This document shows, piece by piece, positions 11,467 to 26,600 of a stretch of 64,000 nt of DNA. The notes below the pieces were generated by a model, which was not told the DNA's origin, searched no databases, and saw only the letters and a list, made by a program, of their open reading frames with translations. Within the stretch, counting starts at the first letter, position 1; each line of letters starts with the position of its first letter. Origin of the DNA: Haliotis cracherodii (Eukaryota); the NCBI RefSeq assembly GCF_022045235.1, contig NW_027266343.1:51274001-51338000 (forward strand). Direction: 5' to 3'. Position numbers and translations under genes: made by a program.

Positions 11467-14400
11467 GTTATTATCATCTACAGTGTGATGCTGGCTATTT
11501 ATGTATATTCTCAAACCAATGGAATTGGTTCAATAAAATCTTGTCATATTTATTTACGCCTTGAAATTTGTTTGAGAATCTGAAAACTGAATTGAATGTT
11601 CACAATGGAAGAGTGATCTATGTTTCTCCATATTGTAAACTCTGGACATAGTACGTGTTGTAGACCAATATCCAAGCACTTAAATGATATTGCGTTTCAC
11701 TTCAAGCTAAGATATCAACTACTGAAATGTGTATTAAGTTCCTGAGGAAACCGGACATGATGATAAGAGGAGGGATTTTATGCTTGATATATCTCTCAAC
11801 AAAATGTCACTTACCCGAGTTCATGTTTCACGGGAATGTATCATTTGGGCTGCCACGAAAGGGTTTGATGGCCATTTGAAGTACCATAATATCTGCAATT
11901 GGCTGTCTGTATTTCAATTTGCATTTTAAAAACACGCAGCGAAACAAATAAGCAGGGGTATCAATTTTGGTCAAATCGTTCATTAACGGGATCAAGGGGT
12001 AGACAGTGTGCACTGTATTGAAATGCAAATGTGTGTGCTGTCCTTGAAAATGAGCGAAAGTTGTATTCAGAATACAATCTACATGTTGTTATGGCGCTTT
12101 GTATAAATAATATCTGAGCTGCTGCAATGAAACAGCGAAAGCCATGGTGATGTAGAGCATCAAAACAAATGTTGCAAGATTCTTACTGCTTTGGTTAGAA
12201 AGGAATGCATACAGTTGGAATTTCCATGACAGTAAAATATCTTTACAGTTTATTAATAACACAAACAAAACGATTGAATTCAAAAGTAACTATTAAAAAC
12301 GCTTGTCCGGGTGTAGCTTATCAAACTACAAATTATTTGTAATTTCCATCAAACATGTACTTCTTGATTTGATGATGCAATTTAACATTTTGCATACTGC
12401 TTATGTAATTAATAGGAGAAGTATCTATATAGATATATAGTTGTGTGTTTATTAACCACCTTCCCTGTAGGCGCTATTTGTAAAATACATATTGATTAAA
12501 TCAGACCGCAAAGTTTAAGATTCCGAACTGGATTGGTAGGATTGAAGATTACAATAAACAAACAAATAGCTAATATATCCCTTTTGTTTGATTACAACGC
12601 AAAAGTGACAATCATTTATCAATACAAAGGAGATTGCATTTGGTAACTGTAGAGAGTGAAATTCAGCGGAATAAATGGTCCAACTTTAAAGCCTGTCATA
12701 AGTCTTTATAACAACAACCAGACTGTAAAAACAAGTCGTTTGATCATGTCTATCTTTGAAAACACCTTTGTGTTATACTTTAAGAGCATTTTCTTCTGAA
12801 AACACACGTCTTTACTTTTAGATGTACGGTTTTTCTGGGAAACCCTTATATAGTTACACATTGTCAAACTGATTTGCGCGTGTTTTATTCTTGGTATGAG
12901 TTTTGGTTTAAACACGCCTTAAAAGAACACAGTCATCACTGTCACTACTGCTTCATCATGTCAAGGGCATACTTAAAGGGTAGCGGCGATTTATATTCTT
13001 TCTTCTAATGTTTAGAACCAAAGACTCACCCGAAGATTAAAACATGTTAAAGTGAGTTATTTGCAACAGTGATTAAGTATATATGCAAATGTATGAATGG
13101 CTGAGACATTGTCAAAAGACAACATTCTCCCAATCTGGCACACAATGGAACTGACGGAGGAGCTCATGAAACACCCAACAAATATATACAAATATAAACT
13201 ATTCATTAACACCTGGTGACATCACTTATATTCAGTATATGTTTTAGCACAATCTTGCCTTTTACACCCAATGAAATCTGTTTCAACAGATAATGGAGCC
13301 TGATTTTTCTCTGGCGTTGACGATTTATGTAGTTAAAGGGTCATCATTGAATGATTATTATATCAATATTCAGGCGTTATCTATAGAAATTGAGATAACA
13401 AATTGAGTGATGCTCGTATTATTACAAATGCCTTGATAATGAAGTGTACAATTATCAAGATGATATGTTGAAAATAAGAGAGTTCTCTCAAGAAACGCAG
13501 TTGCAAATAAAAGCCACATAACCCTGTTCAGAATCATTCGAAACCTCTGCTCGAAGCAAAGACTATTGTACGATTTCGACTTTAATGATCACACGCATGT
13601 GCGTAGGAATGACTACCAGATAGTGATGATACCTGGCGGTTGCCAAAAAGTAAGCGTATCCTGCCCCAACGGTTCCTCCATCACAAACACATACGAAGAC
13701 GAGAAAACAAGCTGTTGTTCATATGTCAATCATGTTTTCAGAAGATATTGGTGTACTTTAGGCTTTTAACAGATATTACACGCATAAAAAGATGTTGTGA
13801 GTATTCATAGTGACAGTCCCTTTGTGAGAAGAAACCAATATATGTACCTATCAGTTAGGAAATAAAGCTGTTGTAGTTTATTGTTATTGTGCAGTAAGAT
13901 AAATAAAATTCGGGGAGAATAATGTAGTATCTGGGGACTTCTGCAGTATATTCAGCAGAAGCTATTTTCTTGTGAGCAGGCTGCTGTATTACACGGAAAC
14001 GGTTAGCATAGTTGACCCCGTGTGGTACAGTGCTACTGCTGTACTGTGGTGAGGCTGTACTAGTGTGTTGCGTCAGTTTTCTGGTCTCTTGTTATGTCGT
14101 ATCACACAGATGCATTATAATGTCTGATGTATGCTGCTCCCACATCATATATTTACTGGATACACCCTTTTCAGACCGTTATCGAATATTTACTTGATAT
14201 AGGTTAAACGTTGAGTATCGAGGACTGTTTGAAATGCAGTTAGACGATGCCAGAGAGAGTGTGTCTGTTTGCCACCTTTATATACGTTGTCTTGTACTTC
14301 CTACATCGATGTTCATGTATATCAGCTCGCATGTGTACCCGTAGGGTGATAACCTCGGGCCCTTTGATGCGAAAAGAATGCTTACTTTACACCATTAAAC

Positions 14401-14842
14401 TGAGGTGCGTTACTTACCTGGAAGTGGCCAGCCAAAGATAAATCAATCACGTATAATTCACAAATGGTATATATAAAGGATGGGGGAAACTGTTCCATCA
14501 TCTCTTATCTTCACCTGCCGTTGAGACACAGATACGAGTCAAGACCAAACTGTAAGTACTATTTTAAGGTTTGCTTGTGATATATATGTATACTTTTAAT
14601 GTTTGATTCATCTGCTGCCCATCTGGCTGTTTTCAATCTTTATGTTGAGCTAATTCATAAAAGTACAAATATGTAACATAAAACGTTCTTGTAAATTGGG
14701 AAATATATGAATGCAGGTGAAAGTAAAACTGATAACATAATTCACAATGAGTGGTGTGAACTGAATGTACCAGATGAGTAACGATAACATGCTATTTCCC
14801 TTTCTTGACAACGATTTTCACTTTACTCAACAGATACTCAAA

Positions 14843-15539
14843 ATGATGAAGATAGTCGCCGCTCTTGTTGCCTGCCTGGCTGTTACCGCCTTTGCCGAGC
14901 CTACCGGTCTGTATGGTGGAATTGGCGGGTTGAAAGGAGGACTGGGCGGAATTGGCTACGGAATGGGTGGATTGTACGGAGGCCTTGGAGGTCTGTACGG
15001 AGGCTATGGAGGTCTGTACGGAGGCATGGGAGGTCTATGTGGAGGCGTGGGAGGTCTATACGGAGGCGTGGGAGGTCTATACGGAGGCGTGGGAGGTCTA
15101 TACGGAGGCATGGGAGGTCTATGTGGAGGCGTGGGAGGTCTATACGGAGGCGTGGGAGGTCTATACGGAGGCGTGGGAGGTCTATACGGAGGCATGGGAG
15201 GTCTGTACGGAGGACTTGGAGGCTATGGTGGTCTCTACGGCGGAATTGGAGGATACGGAATGGGATTGGGAAAAGGTATTTCACAAAATATGATATCATT
15301 TGTTTATCGTATCCCACTTTCAGTCTCGTTTGCAAAATTATATAATTTACCTATATGGTATTATTATTTTACGCGACAAAGCTGATGACTTTTACAAAAC
15401 ATCTTTAAAATTATTCTCTGCATTCTCTAATATTTGGTTTAGCTTATCATGCAGCTAGTTTCAAGACTTCGTTGTGACTTATCCATATATCCCAACTTTA
15501 TTCTACTATTTTTTTGTTTCAGGTATCGGCTATTATTGA
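14843..15539 (+). CDS. Gly/Tyr-rich secreted protein, copy 4, long Cys-containing variant (149 aa; join 14843-15275, 15523-15539)
   Basis: Four extra heptads, and two GGLCGG units with TGT at 15038 and 15122. Confidence 0.92.
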
Positions 15540-18500
15540 GTTATTATCATCTACAGTGTGATGCTGGCTATTTATGTATATTCTCAAACCAATGGAATTG
15601 GTTCAATAAAATCTTGTCATATTTATTTACGCCTTGAAATTTGTTTGAGAATCTGAAAACTGAATTGAATGTTCACAATGGAAGAGTGATCTATGTTTCT
15701 CCATATTGTAAACTCTGGACATAGTACGTGTTGTAGACCAATATCCAAGCACTTAAATGATATTGCGTTTCACTTCAAGCTAAGATATCAACTACTGAAA
15801 TGTGTATTAAGTTCCTGAGGAAACCGGACATGATGATAAGAGGAGGGATTTTATGCTTGATATATCTCTCAACAAAATGTCACTTACCCGAGTTCATGTT
15901 TCACGGGAATGTATCATTTGGGCTGCCACGAAAGGGTTTGATGGCCATTTGAAGTACCATAATATCTGCAATTGGCTGTCTGTATTTCAATTTGCATTTT
16001 AAAAACACGCAGCGAAACAAATAAGCAGGGGTATCAATTTTGGTCAAATCGTTCATTAACGGGATCAAGGGGTAGACAGTGTGCACTGTATTGAAATGCA
16101 AATGTGTGTGCTGTCCTTGAAAATGAGCGAAAGTTGTATTCAGAATACAATCTACATGTTGTTATGGCGCTTTGTATAAATAATATCTGAGCTGCTGCAA
16201 TGAAACAGCGAAAGCCATGGTGATGTAGAGCATCAAAACAAATGTTGCAAGATTCTTACTGCTTTGGTTAGAAGGGAATGCATACAGTTGGAATTTCCAT
16301 GACAGTAACATATCTTTACAGTTTATTAATAACACAAACAAAACGATTGAATTCAAAAGTAACTATTAAAAACGCTTGTCCGGGTGTAGCTTATCAAACT
16401 ACAAATTATTTGTAATTTCCATCAAACATGTACTTCTTGATTTGATGATGCAATTTAACATTTTGCATACTGCTTATGTAATTAATAGGAGAAGTATCTA
16501 TATAGATATATAGTTGTGTGTTTATTAACCACCTTCCCTGTAGGCGCTATTTGTAAAATACATATTGATTAAATCAGACCGCGAAGTTTAAGATTCCGAA
16601 CTGGATTGGTAGGATTGAAGATTACAATAAACAAACAAATAGCTAATATATCCCTTTTGTTTGATTACAACGCAAAAGTGACAATCATTTATCAATACAA
16701 AGGAGATTGCATTTGGTAACTGTAGAGAGTTATGTTTAGCTGAATAAATGGTCCAACTTTAAAGCTTGCCATAAGTCTTTATAACAACAACCAGACTGAA
16801 AAAACAAGTCGTTTGATCGTGTCTATCTTTGAAAACACCTTTGTGTTATACTTTAAGAGCATTTTCTTCTGAAAACACACGTCTTTACTTTTAGATGTAC
16901 GGTTTTTCTGGGAAACCCTTATACACTTACACATTGACACGAATGTCAAACTGATTTGCGCGTGTTTTATTCTTGGTATGAGTTTTGGTTTAAACACGCC
17001 TTAAAAGAACACAGTCATCACCATCACTATCACTACTGCTTCATCATGTCAAGGGCATACTTAAAGGGTAGCGGCGATTTATATTCTTTCTTCTAATGTT
17101 TAGAACCAAAGACTCACCCGAAGATTAAAACACGTTAAAGTGAGTTATTTGCAACAGTGATTAAGTATATATGCAAATGTATGAATGGCTGAGACATTGT
17201 CAAAAGACAACATTCTCCCAATCTGGCACACAATGGAACTGACGGAGGAGCTCATGAAACACCCAACAAATATATACAAATATAAACTATTCATTAACAC
17301 CTGGTGACATCACTTATATTCAGTATATGTTTTAGCACAATCTTGCCTTTTACACCCAATGAAATCTGTTTCAACAGATAATGGAGCCTGATTTTTCTCT
17401 GGCGTTGACGATTTATGTAGTTAAAGGGTCATCATTGAATGATTATTATATCAATATTCAGGCGTTATCTATAGAAATTGAGATAACAAATTGAGTGATG
17501 CTCGTATTATTACAAATGCCTTGATAATGAAGTGTACAATTATCAAGATGATATGTTGAAAATAAGAGAGTTCTCTCAAGAAACGCAGTTGCAAATAAAA
17601 GCTACATAACCCTGTTCAGAATCATTCGAAACCTCTGCTCGAAGCAAAGACCATTGTACGATTTCGACTTTAATGATCACACGCATGTGCGTATGAATGT
17701 CTACCAGATAGTGATGATACCTGGCGGTTGCCAAAAAGTAAGCGTATCCTGCCCCAACGGTTCCTCCGTCACAAACACATACAAAGACAAGTCAAGAAAG
17801 ACGAGAAAACAAGCTGTTGTTCATATGTCAATCATGTTTTCAGAAGATATTGGTGTACTTTAGGCTTTTAACAGATATTACACGCATAAAAAGATGTTGT
17901 GAGTATTCATAGTGACAGTCCCTTTGTGAGAAGAAACCAATATATGTACCTATCAGTTAGGAAATAAAGCTGTTGTAGTTTATTGTTATTGTGCAGTAAG
18001 ATAAATAAAATTCGGGGAGAATAATGTAGTATCTGGGGACTTCTGCAGTATATTCAGCAGAAGCTATTTTCTTGTGAGCAGGCTGCTGTATTACACGGAA
18101 ACGGTTAGCATAGTTGACCCCGTGTGGTACAGTGCTACTGCTGTACTGTGGTGAGGCTGTACTAGTGTGTTGCGTCAGTTTTCTGGTCTCTTGTTATGTC
18201 GTATCACACAGATGCATTATAATGTCTGATGTATGCTGCTCCCACATCATATATTTACTGGATACACCCTTTTCAGACCGTTATCGAATATTTACTTGAT
18301 ATAGGTTAAACGTTGAGTATCGAGGACTGTTTGAAATGCAGTTAGACGATGCCAGAGAGAGTGTGTCTGTTTGCCACCTTTATATACGTTGTCTTGTACT
18401 TCCTACATCGATGTTCATGTATATCAGCTCGCATGTGTACCCGTAGGGTGATAACCTCGGGCCCTTTGATGCGAAAAGAATGCTTACTTTACACCATTAA

Positions 18501-18944
18501 ACTGAGGTGCGTTACTTACCTGGAAGTGGCCAGCCAAAGATAAATCAATCACGTATAATTCACAAATGGTATATATAAAGGATGGGGGAAACTGTTCCAT
18601 CATCTCTTATCTTCACCTGCCGTTGAGACACAGATACGAGTCAAGACCAAACTGTAAGTACTATTTTAAGGTTTGCTTGTGATATATATGTATACTTTTA
18701 ATGTTTGATTCATCTGCTGCCCATCTGGCTGTTTTCAATCTTTATGTTGAGCTAATTCATAAAAGTACAAATATGTAACATAAAACGTTCTTGTAAATTG
18801 GGAAATATATGAATGCAGGTGAAAGTAAAACTGATAACATAATTCACAATGAGTGGTGTGAACTGAATGTACCAGATGAGTAACGATAACATGCTATTTC
18901 CCTTTCTTGACAACGATTTTCACTTTACTCAACAGATACTCAAA

Positions 18945-19641
18945 ATGATGAAGATAGTCGCCGCTCTTGTTGCCTGCCTGGCTGTTACCGCCTTTGCCGA
19001 GCCTACCGGTCTGTATGGTGGAATTGGCGGGTTGAAAGGAGGACTGGGCGGAATTGGCTACGGAATGGGTGGATTGTACGGAGGCCTTGGAGGTCTGTAC
19101 GGAGGCTATGGAGGTCTGTACGGAGGCATGGGAGGTCTATGTGGAGGCGTGGGAGGTCTATACGGAGGCGTGGGAGGTCTATACGGAGGCGTGGGAGGTC
19201 TATACGGAGGCATGGGAGGTCTATGTGGAGGCGTGGGAGGTCTATACGGAGGCGTGGGAGGTCTATACGGAGGCGTGGGAGGTCTATACGGAGGCATGGG
19301 AGGTCTGTACGGAGGACTTGGAGGCTATGGTGGTCTCTACGGCGGAATTGGAGGATACGGAATGGGATTGGGAAAAGGTATTTCACAAAATATGATATCA
19401 TTTGTTTATCGTATCCCACTTTCAGTCTCGTTTGCAAAATTATATAATTTACCTATATGGTATTATTATTTTACGCGACAAAGCTGATGACTTTTACAAA
19501 ACATCTTTAAAATTATTCTCTGCATTCTCTAATATTTGGTTTAGCTTATCATGCAGCTAGTTTCAAGACTTCGTTGTGACTTATCCATATATCCCAACTT
19601 TATTCTACTATTTTTTTGTTTCAGGTATCGGCTATTATTGA
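18945..19641 (+). CDS. Gly/Tyr-rich secreted protein, copy 5, long Cys-containing variant (149 aa; join 18945-19377, 19625-19641)
   Basis: Protein identical to copy 4; TGT at 19140 and 19224. Confidence 0.92.
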
Positions 19642-22600
19642 GTTATTATCATCTACAGTGTGATGCTGGCTATTTATGTATATTCTCAAACCAATGGAAT
19701 TGGTTCAATAAAATCTTGTCATATTTATTTACGCCTTGAAATTTGTTTGAGAATCTGAAAACTGAATTGAATGTTCACAATGGAAGAGTGATCTATGTTT
19801 CTCCATATTGTAAACTCTGGACATAGTACGTGTTGTAGACCAATATCCAAGCACTTAAATGATATTGCGTTTCACTTCAAGCTAAGATATCAACTACTGA
19901 AATGTGTATTAAGTTCCTGAGGAAACCGGACATGATGATAAGAGGAGGGATTTTATGCTTGATATATCTCTCAACAAAATGTCACTTACCCGAGTTCATG
20001 TTTCACGGGAATGTATCATTTGGGCTGCCACGAAAGGGTTTGATGGCCATTTGAAGTACCATAATATCTGCAATTGGCTGTCTGTATTTCAATTTGCATT
20101 TTAAAAACACGCAGCGAAACAAATAAGCAGGGGTATCAATTTTGGTCAAATCGTTCATTAACGGGATCAAGGGGTAGACAGTGTGCACTGTATTGAAATG
20201 CAAATGTGTGTGCTGTCCTTGAAAATGAGCGAAAGTTGTATTCAGAATACAATCTACATGTTGTTATGGCGCTTTGTATAAATAATATCTGAGCTGCTGC
20301 AATGAAACAGCGAAAGCCATGGTGATGTAGAGCATCAAAACAAATGTTGCAAGATTCTTACTGCTTTGGTTAGAAGGGAATGCATACAGTTGGAATTTCC
20401 ATGACAGTAACATATCTTTACAGTTTATTAATAACACAAACAAAACGATTGAATTCAAAAGTAACTATTAAAAACGCTTGTCCGGGTGTAGCTTATCAAA
20501 CTACAAATTATTTGTAATTTCCATCAAACATGTACTTCTTGATTTGATGATGCAATTTAACATTTTGCATACTGCTTATGTAATTAATAGGAGAAGTATC
20601 TATATAGATATATAGTTGTGTGTTTATTAACCACCTTCCCTGTAGGCGCTATTTGTAAAATACATATTGATTAAATCAGACCGCGAAGTTTAAGATTCCG
20701 AACTGGATTGGTAGGATTGAAGATTACAATAAACAAACAAATAGCTAATATATCCCTTTTGTTTGATTACAACGCAAAAGTGACAATCATTTATCAATAC
20801 AAAGGAGATTGCATTTGGTAACTGTAGAGAGTTATGTTTAGCTGAATAAATGGTCCAACTTTAAAGCTTGCCATAAGTCTTTATAACAACAACCAGACTG
20901 AAAAAACAAGTCGTTTGATCGTGTCTATCTTTGAAAACACCTTTGTGTTATACTTTAAGAGCATTTTCTTCTGAAAACACACGTCTTTACTTTTAGATGT
21001 ACGGTTTTTCTGGGAAACCCTTATACACTTACACATTGACACGAATGTCAAACTGATTTGCGCGTGTTTTATTCTTGGTATGAGTTTTGGTTTAAACACG
21101 CCTTAAAAGAACACAGTCATCACCATCACTATCACTACTGCTTCATCATGTCAAGGGCATACTTAAAGGGTAGCGGCGATTTATATTCTTTCTTCTAATG
21201 TTTAGAACCAAAGACTCACCCGAAGATTAAAACACGTTAAAGTGAGTTATTTGCAACAGTGATTAAGTATATATGCAAATGTATGAATGGCTGAGACATT
21301 GTCAAAAGACAACATTCTCCCAATCTGGCACACAATGGAACTGACGGAGGAGCTCATGAAACACCCAACAAATATATACAAATATAAACTATTCATTAAC
21401 ACCTGGTGACATCACTTATATTCAGTATATGTTTTAGCACAATCTTGCCTTTTACACCCAATGAAATCTGTTTCAACAGATAATGGAGCCTGATTTTTCT
21501 CTGGCGTTGACGATTTATGTAGTTAAAGGGTCATCATTGAATGATTATTATATCAATATTCAGGCGTTATCTATAGAAATTGAGATAACAAATTGAGTGA
21601 TGCTCGTATTATTACAAATGCCTTGATAATGAAGTGTACAATTATCAAGATGATATGTTGAAAATAAGAGAGTTCTCTCAAGAAACGCAGTTGCAAATAA
21701 AAGCTACATAACCCTGTTCAGAATCATTCGAAACCTCTGCTCGAAGCAAAGACCATTGTACGATTTCGACTTTAATGATCACACGCATGTGCGTATGAAT
21801 GTCTACCAGATAGTGATGATACCTGGCGGTTGCCAAAAAGTAAGCGTATCCTGCCCCAACGGTTCCTCCGTCACAAACACATACAAAGACAAGTCAAGAA
21901 AGACGAGAAAACAAGCTGTTGTTCATATGTCAATCATGTTTTCAGAAGATATTGGTGTACTTTAGGCTTTTAACAGATATTACACGCATAAAAAGATGTT
22001 GTGAGTATTCATAGTGACAGTCCCTTTGTGAGAAGAAACCAATATATGTACCTATCAGTTAGGAAATAAAGCTGTTGTAGTTTATTGTTATTGTGCAGTA
22101 AGATAAATAAAATTCGGGGAGAATAATGTAGTATCTGGGGACTTCTGCAGTATATTCAGCAGAAGCTATTTTCTTGTGAGCAGGCTGCTGTATTACACGG
22201 AAACGGTTAGCATAGTTGACCCCGTGTGGTACAGTGCTACTGCTGTACTGTGGTGAGGCTGTACTAGTGTGTTGCGTCAGTTTTCTGGTCTCTTGTTATG
22301 TCGTATCACACAGATGCATTATAATGTCTGATGTATGCTGCTCCCACATCATATATTTACTGGATACACCCTTTTCAGACCGTTATCGAATATTTACTTG
22401 ATATAGGTTAAACGTTGAGTATCGAGGACTGTTTGAAATGCAGTTAGACGATGCCAGAGAGAGTGTGTCTGTTTGCCACCTTTATATACGTTGTCTTGTA
22501 CTTCCTACATCGATGTTCATGTATATCAGCTCGCATGTGTACCCGTAGGGTGATAACCTCGGGCCCTTTGATGCGAAAAGAATGCTTACTTTACACCATT

Positions 22601-23046
22601 AAACTGAGGTGCGTTACTTACCTGGAAGTGGCCAGCCAAAGATAAATCAATCACGTATAATTCACAAATGGTATATATAAAGGATGGGGGAAACTGTTCC
22701 ATCATCTCTTATCTTCACCTGCCGTTGAGACACAGATACGAGTCAAGACCAAACTGTAAGTACTATTTTAAGGTTTGCTTGTGATATATATGTATACTTT
22801 TAATGTTTGATTCATCTGCTGCGCATCTGGCTGTTTTCAATCTTTATGTTGAGCTAATTCATAAAAGTACAAATATGTAACATAAAACGTTCTTGTAAAT
22901 TGGGAAATATATGAATGAAGGTGAAAGTAAAACTGATAACATAATTCACAATGAGTGGTGTGAACTGAATGTACCAGATGAGTAACGATAACATGCTATT
23001 TCCCTTTCTTGACAACGATTTTCACGTTACTCAACAGATACTCAAA

Positions 23047-23638
23047 ATGATGAAGATAGTCGCCGCTCTTGTTGCCTGCCTGGCTGTTACCGCCTTTGCC
23101 GAGCCTACCGGTCTGTATGGTGGAATTGGCGGGTTGAAAGGAGGACTGGGCGGAATTGGCTACGGAATGGGTGGATTGTACGGAGGCCTTGGAGGTCTGT
23201 ACGGAGGCTATGGAGGTCTGTACGGAGGCATGGGTGGTCTATACGGAGGCGTGGGAGGTCTATACGGAGGCGTGGGAGGTCTATACGGAGGCATGGGAGG
23301 TCTGTACGGAGGACTTGGAGGCTATGGTGGTCTCTACGGCGGAATTGGAGGATACGGAATGGGATTGGGAAAAGGTATTTCACAAAATATGATATCATTT
23401 GTTTATCGTATCCCACTTTCAGTCTCGTTTGCAAAATTATATAATTTACCTATATGGTATTATTATTTTACGCGACAAAGCTGATGACTTTTACAAAACA
23501 TCTTTAAAATTATTCTCTGCATTCTCTAATATTTGGTTTAGCTTATCATGCAGCTAGTTTCAAGACTTCGTTGTGACTTATCCATATATCCCAACTTTAT
23601 TCTACTATTTTTTTGTTTCAGGTATCGGCTATTATTGA
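23047..23638 (+). CDS. Gly/Tyr-rich secreted protein, copy 6 (114 aa; join 23047-23374, 23622-23638)
   Basis: Same structure; short variant. Confidence 0.92.
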
Positions 23639-26600
23639 GTTATTATCATCTACAGTGTGATGCTGGCTATTTATGTATATTCTCAAACCAATGGAATTGG
23701 TTCAATAAAATCTTGTCATATTTATTTACGCCTTGAAATTTGTTTGAGAATCTGAAAACTGAATTGAATGTTCACAATGGAAGAGTGATCTATGTTTCTC
23801 CATATTGTAAACTCTGGACATAGTACGTGTTGTAGACCAATATCCAAGCACTTAAATGATATTGCGTTTCACTTCAAGCTAAGATATCAACTACTGAAAT
23901 GTGTATTAAGTTCCTGAGGAAACCGGACATGATGATAAGAGGAGGGATTTTATGCTTGATATATCTCCCACAAAATGTCACTTACCCGAGTTCATGTTTC
24001 ACGGGAATGTATCATTTGGGCTGCCACGAAAGGGTTTGATGGCCATTTGAAGTACCATAATATCTGCAATTGGCTGTCTGTATTTCAATTTGCATTTTAA
24101 AAACACGCAGCGAAACAAATAAGCAGGGGTATCAATTTTGGTCAAAGCGTTCATTAACGGGATCAAGGGGTAGACAGTGTGCACTGTATTGAAATTCAAA
24201 TGTGTGTGCTGTCCTTGAAAATGAGCGAAAGTTGTAGAAAGAATACAATCTATATGTTGTTATGGTGCTTTGTATAAATAATATCTGAGCTGCTGCAATG
24301 AAACAGCGAAAGCCATGGTGATGTAGAGCATCAAAACAAATGTTGCAAGATTCTTACTGCTTTGGTTAGAAGGGAATGCATACAGTTGGAATTTCCATGA
24401 CAGTAAAATATCTTTACAGTTTATTAATAACACAAACAAAACGATTGAATTCAAAAGTAACTATTAAAAACGCTTGTCCGGGTGTAGCTTATCAAACTAC
24501 AAATTATTTGTAATTTCCATCAAACATGTACTTCTTGATTTGATGATGCAATTTAACATTTTGCATACTGCTTATGTAATTAATAGGAGAAGTATCTATA
24601 TAGATATATAGTTGTGTGTTTATTAACCACCTTCCCTGTAGGCGCTATTTATAAAATACATATTGATTAAATCAGACCGCGAAGTTTAAGATTCCGAACT
24701 GGATTGGTAGGATTGAAGATTACAATAAACAAACAAATAGCTAATATATCCCTTTTGTTTGATTACAACGCAAAAGTGACAATCATTTATCAATACAAAG
24801 GAGATTGCATTTGGTAACTGTAGAGAGTTATGTTTAGCTGAATAAATGGTCCAACTTTAAAGCTTGCCATAAGTCTTTATAACAACAACCAGACTGTAAA
24901 AACAAGTCGTTTGATCATGTCTATCTTTGAAAACACCTTTGTGTTATACTTTAAGAGCATTTTCTTCTGAAAACACACGTCTTTACTTTTAGATGTACGG
25001 TTTTTCTGGGAAACCCTTATACACTTACACATTGACACGAATGTCAAACTGATTTGCGCGTGTTTTATTCTTGGTATGAGTTTTGGTTTAAACACGCCTT
25101 AAAAGAACACAGTCATCACCATCACTATCACTACTGCTTCATCATGTCAAGGGCATACTTAAAGGGTAGAGGCGATTTATATTCTTTCTTCTAATGTTTA
25201 GAACCAAAGACTCACCCGAAGATTAAAACACGTTAAAGTGAGTTATTTGCAACAGTGATTAAGTATATATGCAAATGTATGAATGGCTGAGACATTGTCA
25301 AAAGACAACATTCTCCTAATCTGGCACACAATGGAACTGACGGAGGAGCTCATGAAACACCCAACAAATATATACAAATATAAACTATTCATTAACACCT
25401 GGTGACATCTTTCATATTCAGTATATGTTTTAGCACAATCTTGCCTTTTACACCCAATGAAATCTGTTTCAGCAGATAATGGGGCCTGATTATTCTCTGG
25501 CGTTGACGATTTATGTAGTTAAAGGGTCATCATTGAATGATTATTATATCAATATTCAGGCGTTATCTATAGAAATTGAGATAACAAATTGAGTGATGCT
25601 CGTATTATTACAAATGCCTTGATAATGAAGTGTACAATTATCAAGATGATATGTTGAAAATAAGAGAGTTCTCTCAAGAAACGCAGTTGCAAATAAAAGC
25701 TACATAACCCTGTTCAGAATCATTCGAAACCTCTGCTCGAAGCAAAGACCATTGTACGATTTCGACTTTAATGATCACACGCATGTGCGTAGGAATGACT
25801 ACCAGATAGTGATGATACCTGGCGGTTGCCAAAAAGTAAGCGTATCCTGCCCCAACGGTTCCTCCGTCACAAACACATACAAAGACAAGTCAAGAAAGAC
25901 GAGAAAACAAGCTGTTGTTCATATGTCAATCATGTTTTCAGAAGATATTGGTGTACTTTAGGCTTTTAACAGATATTACACGCATAAAAAGATGTTGTGC
26001 ACGTGAGTATTCATAGTGACAGTCCCTTTGTGAGAAGAAACCAATATATGTACCTATCAGTTAGGAAATAAAGCTGTTGTAGTTTATTGTTATTATGCAG
26101 TAAGATAAATAAAATTCGGGGAGAATAATGTAGTATCTGGGGACTTCTGCAGTATATTCAGCAGAAGCTATTTTCTTGTGAGCAGGCTGCTGTATTACAC
26201 GGAAACGGTTAGCATAGTTGACCCCGTGTGGTACAGTGCTACTGCTGTACTGTGGTGAGGCTGTACTAGTGTGTTGCGTCAGTTTTCTGGTCTCTTGTTA
26301 TGTCGTATCACACAGATGCATTATAATGTCTGATGTATGCTGCTCCCACATCATATATTTACTGGATACACCCTTTTCAGACCGTTATCGAATATTTACT
26401 TGATATAGGTTAAACGTTGAGTATCGAGGACTGTTTGAAATGCAGTTAGACGATGCCAGAGAGAGTGTGTCTGTTTGCCACCTTTATATACGTTGTCTTG
26501 TACTTCCTTAATCGATGTTCATGTATATCAGCTCGCATGTGTACCCGTAGGGTGATAACCTCGGGCCCTTTGATGCGAAAAGAATGCTTACTTTAAACCA

